A DNA stretch of 32,000 bases from Aeropyrum pernix K1. Lineage in GTDB: Archaea; Thermoproteota; Thermoprotei_A; Sulfolobales; Acidilobaceae. Location of the stretch: the NCBI RefSeq assembly GCF_000011125.1, contig NC_000854.2:1260001-1292000 (forward strand). Reading direction: 5' to 3'. Shown here piece after piece: positions 26,069-32,000 of the stretch (position 1 is its first letter; each line of letters begins with the position of its first letter). The translations under genes and the position numbers were made by a program. Below the pieces are notes generated by a model that saw only the letters and a list, made by a program, of their open reading frames with translations, made no database searches and was not told where the DNA came from.

Positions 26069-27059
26069 GAGGCTCCCTGAACGTCTTAACCCTGCCCCGG
26101 CTGGAGAGCCTTAGAGCAGGCTCTCCTGACCTGGCGGCTACTCTGCCTATGAACGAGTACTCGACACCTAGCTCTTCGAGAACATACCTGGCCTCGCCAG
26201 CCTTGTCAGGAGGCACTGTGGCCAGGAGGGTGCCGCTGCTTATGAGCCGCAGAGGGTCTATGCCTAGTGCGCTGGCCACTATCCTGGTAGCCTCCCCCAC
26301 GATTATCTTATCCTCCTCCACCTCTATAACAGTCCTGGACGCCAGGGCCATCTCCACCAGGCCGCCGAGGACCCCTCCCTCCGTGGGATCGTGCATCGCC
26401 CTGACCACACCCGCCTCAGCCAGCTCTATAGCCTCCTCTACTATGCTAACCCTGGAGGCCAGCATTCTAGCCCCGGCTATAGCGTCCTCGCCGACGCCCC
26501 GGCTTCTAAGCATGTCGGCGAAGTCGGTCGCTATTATGGCTGTACCCTCAATGGCGGCTGGCTTGACCTGGAGAACCAGGTCTCCGGGCCTCGCCGCGCT
26601 GGTTGGCGTTGTGCATCCCCCACACGTTATCCCGGCTGCAGCCGCCACTATGATAGGCCTGGGTACACCTGGCGCCGCCTCAGTGTGGCCGCCTACTATC
26701 TCGACGCCTATTTCCTCGGCCGCCCTAACAGCGTCGCCGAGCAGGGAGGCGAGGCTATCCTCGCTGGAGCCCGGGGGCATGAGCACGGCAAGCATTTCCC
26801 ACCTGGGACGTGCTCCCGTGACTGCTATGTCATTGGCCGCCACGTGAACGGCTAGCCAGCCGGCGAGAGCGCCCGCCTCTGTTATGGGGTCAAGGTGCAT
26901 AACCAGGTCTATGGGACCTAGGCTGACGATGGCGGCGTCCTCTCCCACAGAGGGGCCGACGCGGGTTGATCCCGCCCTCCTCCTGCCCGCCTGCTGGAGT
27001 ATCCTGGCTAGGTTTGAGAGCGGCAGCTTCCCTATCCAGTCACCACTCTTCCCGTGCAA
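26022..27059 (-). CDS. AIR synthase-related, HypE-like protein
   Basis: [81 protein letters not shown]. Confidence 0.83.
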
Positions 27060-28038
27060 GCCTTGCTGCCTCCACCATATTCTTCAGCTTCGCCCTGGCC
27101 ACATCCCTGGGAAGCCTCTTGAGACCGCAGTCGGGGTCTACGTAAACCTTCTCAGGACCCACGATATCCATTTTCATCAGCCTGTCTATCGCCTCTTTAA
27201 CCTCACCTACACTCTCCACCTGGAAGCTGTGGACGTCGATAACGCCGTATCCTATCTCCTTGTCATACCCATACTCCTTCAGGTAGGGGAGGAGCCTGAA
27301 GTTGCTGTTCTTCATCTCTAGATCGAACTGGTCGACAGGGTAGTCGAGTATATAGGGTAGTATCCTCTCCAGCTCCCCGTAGCATATGTGCACTATCCTC
27401 TTGGCACCAACCCCCTTGAATATTATATCCAGGGCCTCCTTCAGCAGCTCTGCCTCCTCTTTGAAGGGCCTGGTGGAGAGGGCGGGCTCGTCGACCTGTA
27501 TGTACTCTGCGCCGCGGGCGAGCGCCTCATCTATCTCCCTCCTTATAGCCCTGGCGAGGTCGAATATGAGTTCCCTCCTGTCTCCATAGTGGAGGTCGAA
27601 ACTCCACTCCAGCATAGTGTAGGGCCCGGTTATTATGAACTTCACCGGCCTTCCGGCGCTTATGCTCCGCGCGTACTCCCAATCCTCTATTATCATCGGC
27701 CTTACCCACCTTACCCTCCCTGCGACTATGGGCTTCCTGAAGTACACGTTGTCGAACACTCTGACCCAATCTCCCTCCCTATAGCCCTCAAGCCTCTCCG
27801 CGAAATACACAACCATGTCCTCCCTCGTCTGCTCGCCGTCGCTTATGATATCGACTCCAGCCCAGATGTAGTCCTCTACCACCATCCTTATAGACTCCCT
27901 CGCAATCCTGTGGAACTCCTCCTCGCTAATCTCCCCTGCCCTCCTCTTCTTAATGGCCTCGGAGGCAGGCCCTATCTTCGGGTAGCTACCCACTACTGTA
28001 GTTGGGAACTTCTTGGGCACTGAATAGCTGTGGGACAC
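27040..28038 (-). CDS. Core methionine synthase (MetE C-terminal-like, catalytic)
   Basis: [37 protein letters not shown], zinc ligand motifs VHICYGE and [12 protein letters not shown]. Confidence 0.88.
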
Positions 28039-28040
28039 CG

Positions 28041-29060
28041 CTACTCACCCCCCGCAACAGCTATTTGGGCGCCAAGCTTTTCTGCTAGAGCATATGTGTA
28101 GCGGCCGAGGAGCGCGGTCTTCCTGAGGGCGTACCTGTATGGTATGAGATCAAGCCACGTCGACGTTGTTAGTATAATCTTCTCCGGCTTCACGCTCTCC
28201 ACAATCCTTCTGACTGGCGCCTCGACCTTCTCTAGGCTTTCACTATATATGCTGCGCGCATCTATAACCCCCAGTGCCAACCCCTCCCCCGCACCCTTAC
28301 CAGTTATAACCTCTAACCCCTTCGACCCTGCCGCCACTAGATCAACCATTAGGTAGTCCACCCTAGCTTCTAGCAGCGCCTCGTAGACCTCGGGCTTGGG
28401 AGGGTAGAAGTATACGGATAACATTGTTTCGGCGCTCCCTGACCTCGAAGCTATGACCCCTGCCAGCTCTGCGGCGAGCAGTGCATGGTCCCTAGTAGCC
28501 TTTGGCTCTGAGAGGATAGGCTCGTCTACCTGGACAAAGCCGGCTCCCGCCTTAACAGCCTTCTCAACCTCGTCAGCCAGAAGGTTAGCTATAGCTTCAG
28601 CCAGCTCCTCGTCTGATATGCCGGACTCGTTCCTCGACATTAGGGTGAAGGTCACGGGCCCCGGCACAACAACCTTGAGCTTCGCAGGCTCAGCAACCTG
28701 GGAGTAGGAGAGAACCCTAGGCGCCAGCACAGGATCAGTCGGCTCCGGCTCTCCCGTGAAAAGCGGTATGCGGTAGAAGAAGTTATTGTCGAAATACCTC
28801 AGGAGGCCTGTGGGGGTTACGTTCCTCCACGCTTCTGCGAACGGCCTAAATATGTCGTGCCAGTCTAGCATCCCGTCGACAACATAAGGGAAACCCTGCG
28901 AAACCTGGGCTCCTATGACTGCTGAGGAGGCCTGGTTCAGAACCCCCATCAGCTCTACAGCCGATATCTCACCCTGCTCCAGCCTCCTTAAAGCCCTCCT
29001 GACATACCTGCTCCTGGGATAACCCCCCAGGACCTGGCCCTGGATAATCATTACAAACAC
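28041..29060 (-). CDS. MetE-family paralogue lacking the recognisable zinc ligands; probable partner subunit
   Basis: [28 protein letters not shown], but LSVYFYP where catalytic HxC is expected and [17 protein letters not shown] where DPDCGL is expected. Confidence 0.78.
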   Translation of the reverse strand: MFVMIIQGQVLGGYPRSRYVRRALRRLEQGEISAVELMGVLNQASSAVIGAQVSQGFPYVVDGMLDWHDIFRPFAEAWRNVTPTGLLRYFDNNFFYRIPLFTGEPEPTDPVLAPRVLSYSQVAEPAKLKVVVPGPVTFTLMSRNESGISDEELAEAIANLLADEVEKAVKAGAGFVQVDEPILSEPKATRDHALLAAELAGVIASRSGSAETMLSVYFYPPKPEVYEALLEARVDYLMVDLVAAGSKGLEVITGKGAGEGLALGVIDARSIYSESLEKVEAPVRRIVESVKPEKIILTTSTWLDLIPYRYALRKTALLGRYTYALAEKLGAQIAVAGGE

Positions 29061-29225
29061 CCCAGCCGCATGGTCTGACAGTAGTTGTTCGCCTGTGGGG
29101 GGATAAAGATATTTCTTGGGAGAGTACTGTTGGGGCTGTGGATGTAGACGCCGGATAAGCCTCTTTAGCCCCGCCTACGTCTATAAGGATAACTTGGATC
29201 CCATCTGGAGGGTGCTGTCTGGGAG

Positions 29226-30395
29226 TTGCCTGCCAATCTGCCTCCCGAGGCTAAGGCTAAGCTCGCCAAATACAGTGACGCCAGGAGTGTGGAGGAGAAG
29301 ATACAAGCCTTAGAGGAGTTTATAAGCGCCGTGCCGAAGCACAAGGGAACCGAGAACCTACTCCTCTGGGCCAGGAGAAGGCTGGCCGAGCTTAGGGAAG
29401 AGCTTGAAGAGAAGAGGAAGAGGCGTGTAGGCGGTGGGCCGAGCTTCTTCGTCGAGAAGAGCGGCGCAGGCCAGGCAGTTCTAATAGGCCCTCCTAACTC
29501 GGGGAAGAGCAGCATTCTCGCCGCCCTGACTAACGCGAAGCCCGAGGTAGCCGACTACCCCTTCACCACGCGCATGCCCCGGGCGGGCATGCTGCCCTAC
29601 GAAGATATACAGTTTCAAATAGTCGACACGCCCCCGCTGCTGCCGGGGAGCGGCTCCTCGGTTAACAATAGAGTTTTAGGCCTGGCTAGGAACGCCGACG
29701 CCATAATACTGGTGTTCTCCCTGGACGACCCTAACCTGGTTGAGACTATAGACGCTGTGGTTAGGGAGGTTGAGGATAGGGGTATAGTCATCACCAGGAG
29801 GCGAGGGTTGGCGAGGATCATGAAGTCCCGGGAGGTTACTGGCGTTAGGATAGAGGGGCCCGGGCGTCTTACCGATGCTACGGAGGATGACGTTAGGAGG
29901 CTGCTATCGCAGTATAGGATATACAACGCCATAGTATATATTGAGGGCGATGTGAGCCTTGACGATGTTGAATCGGCAGTATACATTAACCTCGTCAGGA
30001 AGCCTGCCCTAGCCATACTGAATAAGGCGGACCTGCCGGGGGCTCGGGAAGCTGCGGAGCCAGCTGTCAAGAGGCTAGGCGAGATAGGCATCGACACCAT
30101 AGTAGCCTCAGCCCTGAGGGGCGACGGCCTCGGTGAGATCGCCCCTAGGCTCTTCAGGATGCTTGATATAGTCAGGGTGTATACTAAGCAGCCTAACAAG
30201 GAGCCGGATAAGGACCCCCTCGTGCTACACCGGGGCTCTACCGTGATGGACGTTGCCAAACACATTCACAAGGACCTGGTGAGGAGGTTCAAGTACGCCA
30301 GGGTGTGGGGTAAGAGTGTTAAGTACCCCGGCCAGAGGGTGGGGCCGGAGCATGTTGTGGAAGACGGGGATATTGTTGAGATACATGTGAGGTGA
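29226..30395 (+). CDS. OBG/DRG-family GTPase with C-terminal TGS domain
   Basis: AVLIGPPNSGKSSILAALTNAKPEVADYPFTTRMPRAGMLPYEDIQFQIVDTPPLL, ILNKADLP, TGS LVLHRGSTVMDVAKHIHKDLVRRFKYARVWGKSVKYPGQRVGPEHVVEDGDIVEIHVR. TTG start. Confidence 0.93.
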   Translation: MPANLPPEAKAKLAKYSDARSVEEKIQALEEFISAVPKHKGTENLLLWARRRLAELREELEEKRKRRVGGGPSFFVEKSGAGQAVLIGPPNSGKSSILAALTNAKPEVADYPFTTRMPRAGMLPYEDIQFQIVDTPPLLPGSGSSVNNRVLGLARNADAIILVFSLDDPNLVETIDAVVREVEDRGIVITRRRGLARIMKSREVTGVRIEGPGRLTDATEDDVRRLLSQYRIYNAIVYIEGDVSLDDVESAVYINLVRKPALAILNKADLPGAREAAEPAVKRLGEIGIDTIVASALRGDGLGEIAPRLFRMLDIVRVYTKQPNKEPDKDPLVLHRGSTVMDVAKHIHKDLVRRFKYARVWGKSVKYPGQRVGPEHVVEDGDIVEIHVR

Positions 30396-31081
30396 AGTCT
30401 CACATGCAGGGCTGCAGCCTACTGCCAGTCAACCCTCTCAGGGAGGCGGTTGCCATCACGGTGCTAGCAGTTTACGTGATGCTAATAGTCGTACCGGTCT
30501 CGAGACTCCTCCATTCGGCCCTGGTTAGGAGGGGCGTTAGCGAGGAGTCTAGCAGGTATTATGTGAGGAAGTTCATACACGGGGCGGCCGGTGGTGTAGT
30601 CGCTCTTCTGGTTCCACTGGTTTTCACCAGCCCCCTGCTGCCCACGCTAGCCGCTCTAGCGCTAGCCGCTCTACTTCTGGTCCTACACGGTAGGCTCTCT
30701 TGGTTCCAGGTGTCTGGCAACATGTATGATGTCAACTTCAACATAGCCTGGGGCGCGTCCATAGCTGTTCTATGGTGTTATACCGGCGACCCCTGGACAG
30801 CCGTTCTGCCAGCCCTCTTCATAAGCTTCGGAGACGCAGCCACAGGGATAGTCAGGAACATGGTGTTCGGCCACCGCACGAAACACTGGTTGGGTAACGT
30901 AGCGATGGCCGCGGTTTCAGTGCCGATAGGGGTTGCTATAGCTGGCTGGATAGGACTTGTTGCGGCCCTCGTCTCCTCGGCGGTAGAGAAGTTTGAAGCT
31001 GGAGTTGTAGACGACAATGTCTTGATCGCCCTGTCATCAACCCTCGTTATACTGGCGGCGGCCGCTGTAGGCCAGCTCTAG
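30392..31081 (+). CDS. Membrane protein of the dolichol kinase / CDP-diacylglycerol synthase-like family
   Basis: YYVRKFIHGAAGGVVALLVPLVF and FISFGDAATGIVRNMVFGHRTKHWLGNVAMAAVSVPIG (CTP-transferase/kinase-like signature) in a polytopic protein. Confidence 0.72.
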   Translation: MKSHMQGCSLLPVNPLREAVAITVLAVYVMLIVVPVSRLLHSALVRRGVSEESSRYYVRKFIHGAAGGVVALLVPLVFTSPLLPTLAALALAALLLVLHGRLSWFQVSGNMYDVNFNIAWGASIAVLWCYTGDPWTAVLPALFISFGDAATGIVRNMVFGHRTKHWLGNVAMAAVSVPIGVAIAGWIGLVAALVSSAVEKFEAGVVDDNVLIALSSTLVILAAAAVGQL

Positions 31082-31127
31082 GGCTGCTACCCGGCAGTCC
31101 ACACTGGTTTTGAGCAGAATGCCTGCT

Positions 31128-32000
31128 CTACCCTGTCTGCCCCCCCACTTGATGTGGTCTCCGGGAATCAACGAGAACAGCCGCTCTATGCCTTTTCCTA
31201 GCCTCTCTCATCCACTCCTCCAGCTCCACGCCCCTCATACGCCTCCACCAGTCCCTCCTCCAGCTGTAAACCCCCTGGACGTCTATAGTGTAGACTCCCA
31301 TATCCTCCCCGCTACCCAGCTTGAGCCTTACCCAACCGTCTGCAGTGGAGGCTCCTGATACCCACCACCTGTTGGCCTCATCGCCTGTCGAGGGCGGAAC
31401 TATAACGTGGCTTAGGCCTCCTCCCCGGAATGTGTAGCGTTTAGTGGATAGTGGGAAAGAGGCCATATCGACTCCCACAACTGGCGTGTAGAAGTCGAGG
31501 GCCCTGGAGAGGTTTGCCTTTATCCAGTGCCCTTCCATGCTGAACATGTATGAAGGATTGATAAACAAGTCCGCCCCTCCCAGAAAAAGCTCCAAGGCGG
31601 CCTCGGGGAAACTCCAGAAGTCGGCGCACACTGCTACTCCAAGCTTGACCCCTCCTATATCGACAACCCCGTAGTCGCCACTCCACCTGTCGAAGCCCCA
31701 GAGCCTCCTCTCAAGCCTCCCAACATACCTCTTCCTCTGCCTGTACAGAGGATACCCCTCAGGCGAGTAGATGGTTGCCGTGTTATACAGCCTCCCACCC
31801 TCTCTATAGGCTATCCCCGCCACAACGTACACTCCTGAATCGGCTACTGCATCTAGAAAACCCCTTGACTCGTGGAATGGAAAATACTCGGGGAAAACCA
31901 CTATATCCGGATCCAGGCGAGAGGCCCTCGTAACCAGTCCAGCGGCTTTGAGAGGGTTTCCAGGGTGTGAGGGATCATTGTTGACTGGCGCGGGCTGGAC
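31128..32000 (-). CDS. Carbon-nitrogen hydrolase (nitrilase superfamily), N-terminus outside the window
   Basis: DPDIVVFPEYF (Glu), RQRKRYVG (Lys), GVKLGVAVCADFWSFPEAA (Cys). The frame stays open upstream of 31901 as VQPAPVNNDPSHPGNPLKAAGLVTRASRLDPDI to the window edge. Confidence 0.9.
   Translation of the reverse strand, partial: VQPAPVNNDPSHPGNPLKAAGLVTRASRLDPDIVVFPEYFPFHESRGFLDAVADSGVYVVAGIAYREGGRLYNTATIYSPEGYPLYRQRKRYVGRLERRLWGFDRWSGDYGVVDIGGVKLGVAVCADFWSFPEAALELFLGGADLFINPSYMFSMEGHWIKANLSRALDFYTPVVGVDMASFPLSTKRYTFRGGGLSHVIVPPSTGDEANRWWVSGASTADGWVRLKLGSGEDMGVYTIDVQGVYSWRRDWWRRMRGVELEEWMREARKRHRAAVLVDSRRPHQVGGQTG

Noticed and set aside
26035-26847. 270-aa plus-strand ORF opposite the HypE-like gene, and 26391..26855
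   Set aside because: Antisense artefact; Ser/Ala-rich, no recognisable motif.
27388-28023. 211-aa plus-strand ORF opposite the MetE-like gene
   Set aside because: Antisense artefact of the catalytic MetE-like coding sequence.
17299-32000. Local CRISPR-Cas system or defence island
   Set aside because: None of the predicted proteins around the array resembles Cas1, Cas2, Cas3, Cas4, Cas6 or effector subunits; neighbours are cobamide and housekeeping genes.

Overview
This 32 kb window is gene-dense and GC-rich. It looks like a hyperthermophilic crenarchaeon, and gene content, TTG/GTG starts and the CRISPR repeat fit an Aeropyrum-like genome (inference; no species match could be run). Left to right it contains: (1) a partial CDS end; (2) a two-winged-helix gene resembling the crenarchaeal WhiP candidate replication initiator, flanked by unusual inverted repeats, including a 19-nt perfect inverted copy on both sides, which may be a replication-origin locus; (3) a tight minus-strand run: NreA-like repair protein, PhoU/TrkA_C protein, SPOUT-like/'RecB-like' protein, solitary C5 methyltransferase, TFE, aTrm56, HflX, MBF1; (4) proteasome-activating nucleotidase (PAN), RNA polymerase subunit Rpo8/G, archaeosine TGT, PAC2-family protein, PUA protein, Fur-family regulator and two lineage-restricted ORFs; (5) tRNA-Arg(CCT), cysteine desulfurase, tRNA-Val(GAC) and a 19-repeat CRISPR array with no cas genes in the window; (6) a compact cobamide salvage / nucleotide-loop cluster (cobT, a CbiZ-CobZ fusion, cobY, cobD, cobS, cbiB), followed by an asparagine-synthase-like PP-loop/zinc-ribbon protein and a Dph6-like ATP-pyrophosphatase; (7) a HypE-like AIR-synthase protein, a split MetE pair in which only one member keeps the zinc ligands, an OBG/DRG GTPase, a dolichol-kinase/CDP-DG-synthase-like membrane protein and a nitrilase-family protein running off the window. 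The observations most worth checking are the repeats around the WhiP-like gene, the CbiZ-CobZ fusion with its two unexplained PP-loop enzymes, the split MetE pair next to the B12 cluster, and a PAN lacking the C-terminal HbYX motif.
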